From assembly GCA_012295275.1 (NCBI GenBank), contig CM022665.1, forward strand, positions 5,208,001-5,272,000: a stretch of DNA of 64,000 nucleotides, in the 5' to 3' direction. This stretch comes from Chrysomallon squamiferum (lineage: Eukaryota > Animalia > Mollusca). Each line of letters opens with the position of its first letter. Within the stretch, counting starts at the first letter, position 1. This document shows positions 1-22,113 of this stretch, one piece after another. The notes under the pieces were generated by a model. It worked only from the letters and a program-made list of their open reading frames with translations, was not told the origin of the DNA and did no database searches. The position numbers and the translations under genes were made by a program.

Positions 1-109
1 ATATGTATGAATGTGAAATGTGAACACTGTTGCAATTAAAGTAGTATCAAATATAACAACAAATTCTTTTATGGACATTTCAATTTTTTTTTAAAGTAGC
101 CATACAAAC

Positions 110-2144
110 CTGCCAATGGGCAAATTGTTTCTCATAATTCTTTGGTTTCCTCTGGTGTATTCTATGTCCACAGTGATAGGAGCTGAGTAGGTCATATCTC
201 GTAGTCGACACTGTTAAGACGTAAGTTAAAATTAATATGACTTCTAGTGATGAAACAACATTAAATCTTCAAAATGATTTGATACTTTGACTCAGGAAAC
301 ACAAAAACACTGATAATTAGTATTAGATAAAAAAATTAAGCATTTTTGCAGTTAGAAAAATAAAATTGTGGCAACCAAAATTTTAAAATTTATATTTATT
401 TTCACTTTTTGTGATGTTTTGAATACTGAAAAAAAGGTGACAGCATCGGCAAAAGTAATAACCACTAATAACAAATATTAACTTGATTAATTCATAAATG
501 TCAGTTTACTGCTACCATAAGAAATACCTCACAAATATTTAAAAATGACAAAATTGTGAAAAACAGCATTTTTTACAGTGTCTTATTCCATTTCTGATGA
601 TCATTGCTATCTTCCATTTAAAAGCCTAAAAGTACTCCACCTAGACAACACCTGTAATTGTTTTGACAATGATCTTTGTATTCTGCTTGATTTCAGTTTC
701 AGATATGATCAGTGCAGTACTGAGCTGAGTTTGTACTTGGCAGTTACATGATAGCTATAATTTATAAAGTAGTATGCAAATAAAATTATAACAATTTCAC
801 ATCCAATGACATGTGGTCAGTGGTAGCAGTTGTTATACTGGAAAAATTGATGCTCCAGTGAACATTATTTTAGTTTAAAATACCATTCAAAAGGAAATTG
901 AACAACTTTTGAATGAAACCAGAAATGTTGCATGTAAATTCATTGCAACTTAATGTAATTTAAGCTTAAAGCCAATTTTTCAAGAAAAACATGCTTATTT
1001 TTATTTTATTCCCATCTCACCACATATTAGTAGATGATTTATTTTATTATTTTTCCAATGGTGCTAAAATCAGCCATACAGAATATCCACTTCCAAGGCA
1101 CCAAGCCAAAGACATTGCTGTAATGTTTTCACTGTCCAGCTTGAAAACATTTGCTACTGGCCATATTTAAAATGTTGATTTTTTTTCAAGTGTGGAGTAC
1201 GAGTTCACTGAATAACTCATGATCAAACAAACAACCCATAATTCAAGTACAAATCTTTTGTTTCTTGCAAATTATATAATGAAATTCAAATAATATCTGC
1301 TTTTTGGTTTGAGAAGGTCTCAATTCCTTTTGCTGATGGTAACAATTTTTCTTTTATGTTTTTTTTTCAAGAGCTTATCAGCAAGTTCACAAAATATATT
1401 TTTATAATGATTAACAATATTAATCTTGATAAAGTATATACTGTATAGTGTATTTACTTGGCAAAGCAGTGAAACCAATCACTGCAGTTCCCACTACCAA
1501 TTAATGTACAATTTACAAACCTCATGAGGAGATATTGGCTTTGTTATATTAAACCCTTCTTCAACATCAGGGTCCCCTACATAGATGTTCAAATACCTGA
1601 AAGTAATCAGTGCAAATTATTACTGTATTTTAATTCTCAATTACTGTTTGGTAAATTCTTGAAAAATTAATTTAAAAAAAAAAATTGTGGTATTTTCATT
1701 TGCATTTCTACTTCTTGAAAATTAAATGAAGATGTCAAAATAAATAATGTAATAATAAAAATCAATTATTATTTATTTTTAAATGTTAATTTCAACTAAA
1801 TATTTGTTATTGAATTTTGCTGTGGTAAGGTTTCTTAGTTATACTTACTTCAAATAAAAATTTGGATCAGCATCACTTGTAATTTTTTCATTAGCTCTCA
1901 TTATTTTCTTTATCTGAAATAAAATAAGATAGGATTTGGAATTGAAATCTGGACATGAAGATGTTTTTTCTTTTTCTTTTGTATATTATAAAATTTAATG
2001 TCATTTTTGTTTTTAGGTCTGATTACATACCTCAAGATTGATGAAGTAGTTGAACGAGTCAATATGCTGCTTTACTAGACCTTTTACCTTCAGAAATGCA
2101 GGCAAGAGTTTCCATTTATCCTAGAAAATGAATGTATTCGTTAA

Positions 2145-2192
<48 letters not shown>

Positions 2193-2610
2193 TATAAATA
2201 AATAAATAATAATAATAATAAAATATTCCCCCGATAACAATTTCTGAATGCAGACAGTGAGACACAAATGTCGGTGAAATGATAAATTCATATGTTCGTT
2301 GCAAATAAATATATTAATTGATAATAAAACGTCAGCTTTATTATTTTAACAGATAGAAAGGTATTTATTAACTTTTGGATCAGTACTATAATTATGATGT
2401 AATCATATATCAACTTACAGTTAGTTATACGTTATAGTTATATTACAATAATCTCCCTTTAATAAAGGCTGTATTATGTGTATATAAGTTTATAATTTTT
2501 ATTAATCGCTAACTCTCGTGCTTTAATTCTGTTCAGATTACCTCAACAGTATTGACAGGTGCAGCAAGTTGCTGCTTATCCATTTTCATAATTTCTTCAA
2601 TAGAAGACAT
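110..2610 (-). CDS. POLR3B: RNA polymerase III subunit RPC2, first 5 coding exons (gene continues beyond the left edge of the window)
   Basis: GT-AG exons 2542-2610, 2031-2120, 1849-1913, 1521-1596, 110-210 join in phase to [134 protein letters not shown], which matches the RPC2 N-terminus. Confidence 0.96.
290..1340. mobile_element. Degenerate dispersed repeat, copy A (POLR3B intron 4)
   Basis: Collinear inverted similarity to ~18030-19510. Examples: 614-691 tccatttaaaagcctaaaagtactcc...gatctttgtattctgcttgat vs 18970-19048; 440-460 gacagcatcggcaaaagtaat vs 19281-19301; 890-1015 vs 18400-18525. Boundaries approximate. Confidence 0.8.
2145..2221. repeat. (TAA)n microsatellite
   Basis: Directly visible; explains the spurious poly-Tyr ORF. 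Confidence 0.95.
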
Positions 2611-3248
2611 TGTGAAATTAGTTATGTTGACACACGATACTACAATGTGTATTTACAACATTCCGCAACCAAGAAATCATTTTTAAGCACCATCTTGAAT
2701 GGCCCGCCCTCTAGACGCTAATTTTTGGTTTTATTTTTCCTCCAAGAGCGATAACTCTAGATTCCCAGGCGTGATAAGTTCCACTGATCATAATTTGTTT
2801 TGAAGTAATGCTACGCATGAGTTATTGATATTAATATGAAAACAATATTTATCTATTAGAACTTATATTAGTAACAATATTACAAAATATAATTTAATGG
2901 GAGTTCTTTTTTTTTGTTTTTTTTGGCTTTTTTCAGAATGTCATTTTCGCCTTAAAAAAAAAAAGAGCATAATCATGCTCAGATTTGTATATTCACTATA
3001 AATGATTAATCCCATATTAGATACTAATTCATGATATATATTTCTCTCTGTTTTATCGAAATAAATATTATTGGCAGTCTGCATGAATCAATGTTTAAAG
3101 AAAAAAAAATCATTCAGAATTAATATTCAGTATTTTATTTCAAATGCAAAATTATTCTTGTGTGAATTGCGGTAAATATTTTTGGGTTATGCTGCTTTAT
3201 TAATTATTTTAAATAATATTTAATTACAGATATATTATCATAAAAGCA
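2611..3248. promoter_or_regulatory. Putative bidirectional promoter of POLR3B and RTN4IP1
   Basis: Divergent start codons 638 bp apart; local CpG enrichment; GC box (cccgccc) at ~2703; splice acceptor (tacag) at ~3229 implies a 5'UTR exon of RTN4IP1 lies in this interval. Confidence 0.65.
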
Positions 3249-3549
3249 ATGGCAACACTGTGCAAGTTTTGTGCACGTAAACTTAAAACAAACATTTCCA
3301 AAAAACCATGGCATCACATGTTACCAGGTGTGCACCAGCTAAATGAATTTGCAAGTGATACACATATTCTGTCTAAGATGCTGGCGTGGCAGATTCATCA
3401 GTATGGAGGAAATAATGAGCTCACTTTGTCAACAACATCTCGTGTTCCTTTTATTGAACACCCAAATGACATTCTTGTTCAAGTTCATGCAGCCAGTGTC
3501 AATCCAATTGATGTTCATATGAGAAGTGTGTATATTTGTGTATCTGTTT

Positions 3550-3581
<32 letters not shown>

Positions 3582-5324
3582 GTGCATGTGTATATATGGG
3601 TATAGTGACTGCGTGTGGATATGTACTTACACACTGACTGTGTGTATGTATAATTATTATATATGTGTGTGTGTGTGTGTGCCATGTCTATGTTGTGTCT
3701 GTGTGTACATGTGTGTGTGTTTGAGAGATGTGGATTACATAAATAATAACTTAAAAGATACATAAGTTTTCTTTTAACAGATATTATTGTTTTTGAGCTA
3801 TTCAAACTTGAATACATAATTTCTGTATAGATTTTTAATTTAATACAGTCAGATACACATTTTAGATGGATATGGACATGTTGCTATAAACTTGCTGAGG
3901 AAGCAGTGTGGAAGTTTATCTACTGGATCTGAATTCCCATTAATACTGGGCAGAGACTTTTCTGGAGTTGTCATGGAAACTGGTAAAAATGTCAAGAAGT
4001 TCAAATGTGGAGATGAGGTGAGAGGACAGTTTTTGTTTTAGGTTGTGTTAGTAATACACAGACTTTATTTAGGAAAATGCCATGGCCTGAAAATTATCAC
4101 ATTAAAGTGTATCTTTAGAGACATGTTCATTTGATCTAATTTTCTTTTTGTGATACTACTTTCATCCAGAAATAAGTTAAATAATTTTTCATAAGGTCTA
4201 AATGCAGCAATTTGCAATAATTTACTCTGAAATGATTCTTCTTATTAATTTTTGAAAGAACATACCTTTTTTAAAATTGCAATACTTCATTATTGGCAAA
4301 CTGACAATAAAACATTAATTTTGAGGTTAAATACTTATAATTTTTTATGAATATCACCAGTGATAAATGTTTATTAATCTTCTCATGGATGGTTTCAGGT
4401 TTGGGGAGCTCTGGGAGCACACAGACCAGGAAGTCATGCTCAGTACACTGTTACATCAGAAACAGAGGTCATTTTTCTTAACTACAGAAGTACTATGATA
4501 ACAACTTACATTTGTGTTAAATTACATACCACATATTACTGTATACAACTGCTACAGATTTTATAAGTACTCCATGGCAAATGTTTAAGCCTTACACTAT
4601 ATTAAAAGTATTTTCATTATGTTTCAGAATTAAAGAGTTTTAAAACTGCTAAAAAAAAATAAAAAAATATCAGAAATGTTGTTCTTTCATACCACTGTGT
4701 TTTTGCTATCTTTGTTTTCCTAATTCGTGTCTGTGCAGTCCTTATCGAGACTAGACTATCAAATTAATAAATAATCAAAAACTAACCTAATTAATCATTA
4801 AATATTGTCATGTTACTTTATGAAAGTGTTTTTTTCACCACAGATTTCAATGAAACCTAATTCTGTAAACCATACTGAAGCAGCATCTATTCCATATGTA
4901 GCTGCAACAACATGGTCTGCTCTGTGCACTGTAGGGGAACTCAGCGAAAAAAACACAAGTGGTAAAAGGTAATTATTTTAAATATTATTACAGTTAGAGT
5001 TAGCTTTAATTTTATTATTGTTACATGTATGATTCTAAAAGAATGTTATGAAAGTGTTTTTAAATTTAATTGATGAAAAGTTGAAAGTTGCTATAATATT
5101 ATTTAAAATTTTAAATATTATAATTCTAGTTAATTTTATGTTTATTTTTTTTTTTTTTTTTTTTTGCTCTAATTTTCTTTATGGCTTAAAATGGGGAAAA
5201 AAAAAATTTGTTGAACAAAAAATTTCAGTTCTATTAAAATTACTTTAAAAATCCACTAAGTGTTACATTAAAAATAAATAAAACTGAAAACACTTCTTTA
5301 ACAATTTATTTTAATTTTAATTTT

Positions 5325-5373
<49 letters not shown>

Positions 5374-6924
5374 TAGAGTGTTCATTCCTGCTGGTTCGGG
5401 TGGTGTTGGTTCTTTTGCAATACAGGTAGACTTTAAATTTTTTTTGCTTGTTAGTTACAGATACTAAATACATTTCCAAACTTGTGATGTATTAATTTTC
5501 TGAACATTCAGTTATACTGAATATTTTAAATCAAACTTATTTTCATGTCTAAAATTGTTCTACTGCTCAAGATAAACAAAGGAAAAAAAAAAAAAAAAAA
5601 AAAAAATCAACAAAAACCATAAACAAGCAAATAATAATAATAATGGTATAAAGAACTGTTGATAAGATCAGCCTGCATTATGTATTGTTTCATTCTGAAT
5701 CTTTCTTTTCAGATTGTGGTTCAGTAATAATAATTTTACCTCAGAAATGATAGGTTGCTGTACCTGTCATTCTTAACTTTGTCACTTAAATTAATCGTGT
5801 TCAGTACTACATAACTTATGTTTCAAAGACTTTGTTGTTTTAATCAAAGTACAGATAAAAAAGAGAAGCTTTGATGGTTGTATCATAAAGTAGTTTGTTT
5901 TGAGTGACACAGTAGTTTTATCTTTTTCATCATTACAAAATGACAGTTAATAAATGCTGATTTTCTCACTCTTTCTGCTAGTTACTGAAAACATGGGGAG
6001 CAGAGGTCACAACAACATGTAGTACTGAGGCTGTAGATTTTGTCAGAGAGCTTGGTGCTGATGTCATCATAGACTACAAAACTCAGGACGTGATTGCAGA
6101 ATTAAAGAATCTCAACAGGTCGTCTAGTTTCACACTCTTTCACTATTAAAATGTTATCTTTGAAAAAATAATTTCAAACGCTTGTTATGTTTGTTATGTT
6201 GAGTTTTAACTGTTGTGAATCTTGAGAATATTAATAGTGCTTAATACATTCTTTAAAATGTTTATTTAGATAAAGAATTTCAATAGATTTGTACATTATG
6301 TTTAGACTTAATTATTATGAATCTCCACAGTAAAGATTAATAATGCTTAATACATTCTTAAAATGTTTAGGATGTTTATTCAGATAAATATATCATGTTA
6401 GTATGTCGCTCATGCATACTTTATTTTATGTTGGTTAGGTGTTCTTATGATTTTTACATACTTTTACAGGCTCATAAAATAAAAAATTGCTAATTACAAT
6501 TACTTATGAAAATATTACACAAATTCATTTTATAATTTTTCTCAATAAACTTAATTTCATGAATTTGCAATCTTTTCCATCACGGTTTTGAAATCGTGAC
6601 TTGATATGAAATAATGAACTTTATGTAAATATTTGATTCAAATAATATTAAAAAGTAATTAAATGATCTTTACTTCTTGACTGCAGGTTTGATTTTATTT
6701 TTGACACGATGGGTAGTGATGCCAATGTTTATAATGATGTTTTGAAGTGTGGAGATAATGCTATGTATGTCAGCATCAAAACTCCATTGCTGCAGAATAT
6801 AGATCAGATGGGTTTGGCATTTGGTGTTCTGAAATCAGTTAGAAATCTGGCTTGCAGTGCACTGCAGGTAAATCTGGCTTAATAGTTGGATATTATCTTT
6901 ATCATTTTCACAGCCAAATATTAC

Positions 6925-6979
<55 letters not shown>

Positions 6980-8324
6980 TATAGTTATATATTTAAAACA
7001 AATTCTTTGACAGATTTATTAAATAATTCATTTACTTTATTTATTATTTAGTTAATTAATTCATCCATTTACTATTTTATTTTATTTTGAGTATATTTTT
7101 TTTGACAAGATATATTATGCTGAAAATAAGAATACTTTTCCTATTATATTATAAATTTCCATTTAATATGTTCTGCTTTTTTCATATATATGAACTTATC
7201 ATGCCTGCTTCTTTTTATTGCATATTTAAACTATTTAAAATGTAATGTACCTAACTGTCTCCTTAAAAGAAGAAACAAAACTGGTTTCTAAAATATGTTA
7301 AACTGATAGTCAAATATTATATTGAATGGAAACAGTTACTAACTTGATATCTTTCAGATTTTCTCTGTATTAATAATTGCTTGTTTGAACAATATTTAAA
7401 TATATTTTGTGCAAGAAAAATAAATACTTGAAATATTTCATTAGGGTTATTTGGGTGGAATGAACTACAGATGGGCACTATTCATGCCAAATAGCAAAGC
7501 TTTGATGAAAGTAGCTGAACTAGTTGATAAAAAACATGTAAGTATATTTATTTTATCTGTGTATTCTGAAATCTGAAAATAAATAAAAACATAGGCTAAT
7601 TGTAATATGTTTTTAAATGTTTGTTTAAATAAGCATAATTGATTATAAGGTTTTACATAATTTGTCTGATGTTTGTTAAGCTAAGATGATACCTTGCTGA
7701 CATACTGAAGCTGAAATATGTTTTTAACTTGTTAATTTCTGACCAAAATGGAGACATTGTGATTGTTAACGTAGTTTTAAAACGGGCAGTTGGTTCCTCT
7801 AAGAATGAATAAAACTTGAGATGAAAGCTACCAAAGATGTAATGATATTTAGCTACAGGTTAATGAAGTTTTGTTATAAATGACTTTAGGGTGAATGACA
7901 CAGAAATATTTAAAGCAACACGTTAGATAATTTAACCCAGTGAAACAAGATAATATTGCTTCAGTTAACCACCAATAACTGCTGGGTAACATTTTATTGA
8001 CTTTGTTTATAATTAATTGCTGTCATATAATTAAAACTGAATGCTACTCATTAATTTTGTTAATGACATTTAAGAGGTAATTGTTCATGTCTAGTAATAT
8101 TTAACCATTTTAACCGTTTTCGTATTTGATTTTGTGTTACTTTTTTTAAAATTGAAGATTATAAATACACTAATTTGTTTTCAAATGTTATTTTCTTTCA
8201 GATTTATCCTACGGTGGAAAAGGTGTTTTCTTTTGAGGAGGTACCTGCTGCTTTTGAAAAAGTGTCAGAAGGACATGCACGAGGAAAAACTGTGATAGAG
8301 ATTGTTCAGCTTGCTAAAGAATAA
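3249..8324 (+). CDS. RTN4IP1: Reticulon-4-interacting protein 1, mitochondrial NAD(P)H oxidoreductase of the MDR family, ~401 aa
   Basis: 9 in-phase exons: 3249-3525, 3866-4017, 4399-4467, 4844-4968, 5377-5425, 5982-6118, 6687-6867, 7445-7537, 8202-8324. Motifs [67 protein letters not shown]; basic N-terminal presequence. Confidence 0.95.
3558..3722. repeat. Compound (GT)n microsatellite
   Basis: Directly visible in RTN4IP1 intron 1. Confidence 0.9.
6926..6980. repeat. (TTA)n microsatellite
   Basis: Directly visible. Confidence 0.95.
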
Positions 8325-11152
8325 ACTTTTATAATAATGTTTAAACCAAACACACTCTAGGTTAATGGTTGTTTGTTCCTCTTTACATTTATGAATTCTA
8401 TGAATCCTTTTCCTATTTATTTGGAAAGACAATAACATTTTAAAGTACATAATATCTGCAGTAACCACATTTGTATTAACAAGGCATTGACTGTTTTTGA
8501 AATGATTATCAATTTAATATAATAAAATGTATTAAAAACTGCTATTATTGTTATTTTGTTTGAATTGCAGCTTCCATACATTTATTGTTGTTAAATAGAC
8601 TAATCTGTAGCCAAGATAAATTTAAAATCAAGTTTCACTTCACTTTTGCATTAAAGTACATTTTTAAAATGTGTGAAGTAACAATTGAATTAAAAAAAAA
8701 AAAGGGAAAAAAAGCTAACAATCTTTGAAAGCTGTCAGATACACACAGTATATAATTATATTTAAATGCTGGTTTTCTTTTTTTTTTTTTTGAAAATGGG
8801 TTAATTTTACCTCTTGAAAAGAATTGGGTGATACATTTTTCACTTGGATAATATAAAATGGGTTCTGTTTTATTACATTTATCTAGTACCTTTGCTAATT
8901 ACTGTCTTATTGACATATTCTGAAATAAAAATAAAATAAAAAATAAATAAATTATAGTTTAAAGTCTGAGAGTGAAATTAGAATATGTCTACCAATAAAT
9001 GTCATTTGGGTAACATTCACAAACTGCTCAATACTCATCAGAGTAATTTTTGAGGCTTAATGCTTCATATTCTCTCCATTTATTATTTTAAATGAACCCC
9101 AAAAATGTTAATGAGTATGATCTATTGGCAAAACCAACAATGACAACAAAAAATGAAAACATCTAGGTTTGATTTTTATAATTATTTTATTAAACAAAAT
9201 AAAAACAAAAAAAAAAAAAACAAAAAAAAAAAACGAGAAAAACTACGAACGAATATAACAATACTAATAAGGATAAAATTAATTAAAAGTAAATTGTTCT
9301 GTCACAAATATAAAAATTATTTTGATCATCAACTCTTAAAAAGATTTAATTTAAAAATGTACTATTATGAAGGTGTGTGAGTGTATGTGTGTGTATATAT
9401 ACATTTATGTATGTAAGTAAAACAAACAAAAAAAATAAAAAAAAATTATTTAGTAATAATTTCATTGTGAACAAATATTTACATAGCTGTCCATGGTCAT
9501 GGGATTTAAATAATAAAATAATACAGCATGCCTATATTATTTGGTTTGTACAAATTGAACTGAAGCCATACATCAGCTTTTAAAAACAGGTTAACATTAT
9601 AAAAGAAATTAAAGGATTACTGGTATGGAGGCACTGCCACACAATTAAAAATTCTGCACCAGATAAAAATAATTTAAAAACAATCCATTTTATCTTTTTT
9701 AGCTTATGCACCAAATTATTAAAGCAGATATAACATCTCAGATGTAAATATGTAATTACTCAGTTTATAATCTAGAATAAAAACCATCCTCACTCGGCGA
9801 TTAACTGATATAAAAACAATCCAGATATTTTATTATACATATACAAATACCTTTTTACCTGTATCTATTAAAATATGATATTAAAAATGTTATTCTTTAT
9901 TTTTTTTTTATAATTATTATAAGTCCGATTACAGGCTCCTGGCACCAACTAATTCATCAGAAATATATTTTAATTATTTTAGAATTTTTTTTAATTTTAA
10001 ATTTGGACTCACTATGTAAGGAAAAAAGGGTTTAAACAAATGCATTAATTCTTTTGTAACATACATTTGCCTATATCTAAACTGCTCCAATGTTAACTGG
10101 CAATACAGAAAATAGTTTCATGTGAAACAAATGAAAATAATGGATTCTTAATGCCACGGCTTCTGTGATAAAATACATTAATTTAATGTAAGTACACTTT
10201 TTACCACCATCATTATTAAAAATGTGTCAGTATTCTTATGATGGACATGCTGAGCATTTCTATACTATATAAATATAACTTATCCAAGTCCTGACACGTG
10301 TGTGCATGCACACATACACACACACACACACACCCTAATGAATTATATTATTATTTTTGGTATCAACACTAATTAACTAACCAAATTTCATTTGAATGAA
10401 CTATACACAAATGAACGCCGATTCTAAAAGAACTTTAAATGTATTCAATAAGTATGAAATGCACATGTGAAGTAAATTTGATATTTTTGGAGACCATTTT
10501 TCAAAGGGATGAACAACAAATTTTTAAAACAGAGATCATTATTTTAACTAATGTCTAACACTAAATACATATTAATTAATAACTGATAGTGTTAATTACA
10601 TTATGATTGGAATGAGAAACAGTGCCATGGTCTACTCTGGCAATCATATGAAAGGTATGTATCAACTGTAAAGAAAATATGACAGGTTAGATTGAGATTT
10701 TCAGATTCAACTACTCTGTAATACTTGTCTAAATGCAATAAAATATTAACTGATTAATATAAAAATCAACAGATTTGATTTCTGTTAATATAAAATAAAA
10801 GGTGCTAATTTACGTTTTTAATGAAAGAGAAATTATTTTAAATCTCATGACAACTGAAAAAATAAAATAGAAATTTAATACTTTTTAGCTTTTTTCTCAG
10901 TGGAAAAACAATTTGTTTGTCCATTTTTCATTTTCAAAGGAAGCAAATTTCAGGAAGGTGTTTAAATTTTTTTTACCACATCTCAACACTGTAATATATT
11001 AACAGTCATTTAATTTTGAAACAAGGTGTATGAAACGATTTTTCTAATCATCTTCTGTTTGCAAAAAAGATGAAACAAGAACTATTAATTTAGCTAAAAT
11101 TAAAATACAAAAAGTAAATGTGTTATTAATGCACTGAAACCTTTCTTTATAC

Positions 11153-11183
<31 letters not shown>

Positions 11184-12590
11184 GACTATTCTTAGCAATA
11201 ATATTAAAAATATCAAATTTGACTATCTACTAATTATAACTGTATATAAATACATACAACCAAAGTAGAGAAAAAAAATAAAAATAAAAATATATATTCA
11301 TGATATGAATTATGATATGAACACAAATTTAATACCACTGTTAACAAGCACCATAGATCTGTCAAAAGAAAAATAAGAAATTGACACAAGATACATATAT
11401 AAATCAGTTGTTCATAATAAATAATGGCATTGAATTAAAAACAAAAATGCTGAAGAAAATATACTTAATCCAGACTGATAGATGAATAGTAAAATTCTGT
11501 ATTGTTTTAACATTTATATATATTTCAAGGAACTGAAAATTATAAATGGATAGAAAATTCATTTGACTACTTAAATTTTGATTTGGAAACAGTTTATACA
11601 AGTTTTGAAATACTCAGTAATTTTTAAATATGTATTTTTTTTTTTTTTTGAACATTAAAATAAATTAAATTCAATCATGCACAAATAATTTATTGACACT
11701 ATTAAGTTTTATTTCTTATGACTATGAATATGGTTTATGCTAAATTATGATCACATACTGAATGATGAGGTACAAAATTAACAAGTAATAATTATGTGTA
11801 GTTATGAATTTTAATTTTTAGCTGGAGGTAATATTAAGATTATGCTTCTGCTAACCAATTCTAAAAATACTTGAGCATTTGAACAAAGACAGCATTTATT
11901 TTTTTTTCTTCTTTTTGAAGAAACAAAAAAAAGAAATAATAAAAAATTCAAACAATGCAATTTATAGTCTATGAGAAAACCAAAACAACTTGCATAACAT
12001 TTTGATGATATCATTTAAACAGAATACAATGTATATATACACTGGTCTTGCATAGCAGACCATTTCAATGAAAATGTGCTGATGGGGTAAGATAATATAG
12101 AAACGCACATTACATGTCCCATTTTAAACAAAGTTCAGATGAACAAGATTAAAAACAAACAAACCCAAAAAACAACAACAAAGAACAAGATTATAATACA
12201 TACATACTATTATCCGAGCCATATACAAATTATTATTATTATTATTTTTTTAGCTACAATGACAATAAAATTTTAAATATAATGGACATTTTATTTAGTC
12301 CAAATTAAGATCTCAATAAAACAAAATTTAACAATCCCACCCCCCCAAAAAAAAATCAATTTAATTAATATAATAAATGACTTCATTAGGGAACATTTTT
12401 TTTTTATTTTTTTTTTATTTTTATTTTTTAAATATATAAAAATCATACTAACTAGTTAAACCAGAATAAATACTTTTCTATACAATGGTTATGTACACAT
12501 CTATATAACTATCTACAGAAGATTTTTAGATCATCACACATCATGTCAAATTAGGACTAGTTTAGATAACATTAATCTACCACATAAAAA

Positions 12591-12624
<34 letters not shown>

Positions 12625-14187
12625 ATACAAACAGAAATGGCTGTAAAAAGTCTAAAAGATAAAATAATAAAATTTTAAAAAGAAGGAATTATTTTTTTTT
12701 GATAATTAAAAGATTCTGTATTATTTTCCAACCCCCAACCCCCAATTAACAACTGGTTCTTTTTTGTGTTTTTTTACAGTTTACTTAAGAATGGCTGAGG
12801 TTGTAGTATGATTAACAAAAAGAATCACTTAAAAGGATAACGATTGTTACTGAGAGTACTGGACATTCAGTTCGAGGTAGGACTCAAATATTTATAATTT
12901 AATATGCATTTAATGTGTTGATATGTAAACGTCATAAAATTGTCTAAAAAGCACGATTTTTCAGGAAAAGTATATTAAAAAGAAACATTTGTAACTGTGA
13001 CCGTTGTGTCATTTATGAAAATGGATGTAAAGCTACTTCATTTAGATGTGGTGTTTTGCTGCATCTCTTACAGACTAATACATTCTATAAAAATTTTCAA
13101 AGCACTATTTTCTCCCTTATTTTTTTAAAAATAAAAATTTATGAAATAAAAAGACTGAATAAATAACAGCAGAGTTCACGGATGAATTCTAAATTATGAC
13201 AGGAGACCCGTAAAATTAGATGTATCAAATGAACAGAACTGTCAAATGGCTGAAATATTAATGAAAATGTTGTTCTAATCTTTTTTTTCAACAGCTGAAC
13301 ACAAGAGAATAAGTAAGTTTACATTTCAAATGTCATTTATGACTGAAATTCTTCAAATTCCTGTCTGCTAATATGTACAAACAGTTCTACGAAACCCAAT
13401 GACAAACATATTAAACGATCTAACACAAACAAACAAAATTTACCAACATCACATTCTTATCCATTTACTGTAGTTGTAAGCTGTAGCATGTACATGTAGC
13501 ATCAATCTTCTGTTTTTAAAGGCACAAATGTCAATAGTCAACACAGTATTTTTTTGTTTTATACTAACAATTACTTTTCTGCACCAGTGTAAACAACCTC
13601 GACTCTTTGAAATCTTGACTGAGGGATCTTTTCATCCAGACATTTGTTTGTTTTTTAAATTCTGAAATTATTATACACAGAATGATTCTGCATGCTAAAC
13701 CACAATTGTTATAATCTTATTTGTTTGTCTGAAAAGGAGAACTAATATCTTAGCTTTTATAGTAGTGAAATTAATATAACTAATCTCAGTGCTTCTTGAT
13801 TCTGCATTTTAGATTCAGTTACCCTGGTAATATCTTTACTCATTTTGACCAAATAATGTTATCTTTTTTTAACTGGCATTATTCTAGAATGAAATACTAA
13901 CTGTACAAATTTATTTGTGACAGCAAAGATCCCCAGACTGTGTAAAAGAAGTGATATTTTAATTTATGAAATGCTAATGATGAAGATTTTTATGCACTAG
14001 TTTTGTTTGTTCCTGCCTCAAAACAAATTAAAACTCTTAAATTTTTTTTTTTTAAAAGGGTGAATTTTGAATATCCGTATACATCTTCTAATGCAACTTC
14101 TCTAACTTTTCTTTAATATAAAATACTCTAATGTTTTGATATGCAGTGAAGTTGGCAGTGTTTTTGACAAGGCGTGTCATTAGAGTA

Positions 14188-21543
<7,356 letters not shown>

Positions 21544-22035
21544 ATGAATTCGGTAAGTATTTCAAATCACAGTGTTTATGACAGATATATTATAACCAAA
21601 CTTCTTACATAGAGAAAAATGTACATCAAAGAGTTTAATTACAACATCATTACTACTCTAAGTACCTAATGTACGACCTATCCGAAAGTAAGTTCAAAAA
21701 TAGCATCTTCAAAGTCTTGTATAGGCATGTCATTGAATTCTGTTTTCTTTAAATTAGTGCGTACATTTTCAAAAATTGTCATATGTTTGGAAAATAATAC
21801 TGCACACATATTGTCCTGCATAACTGTTTAGAAAATAAAGATTTATTTTTTGAATTTTTTTTTCTTTACCAAACACCGAAAGTCGAAACAGCGTATAATT
21901 AAGAAATTAACTCAATAATTAAATACTAATACTGTAATAGTTAATTAAGTGTGAATCATGGTGATAATGAAAGTAGTTTAATTTTGATATCTATCCTCGC
22001 ACATCAATGAAAACCAGCCAACAATGTAATTGTTA

Positions 22036-22113
<78 letters not shown>

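Noticed and set aside
2116-3817. ORFs with poly-Tyr, CV or HT repeats (2116-2304, 3526-3765, 3548-3817; similarly 22007-22207, 29857-30087, 60511-60762)
   Set aside because: Translations of microsatellites and homopolymers in introns
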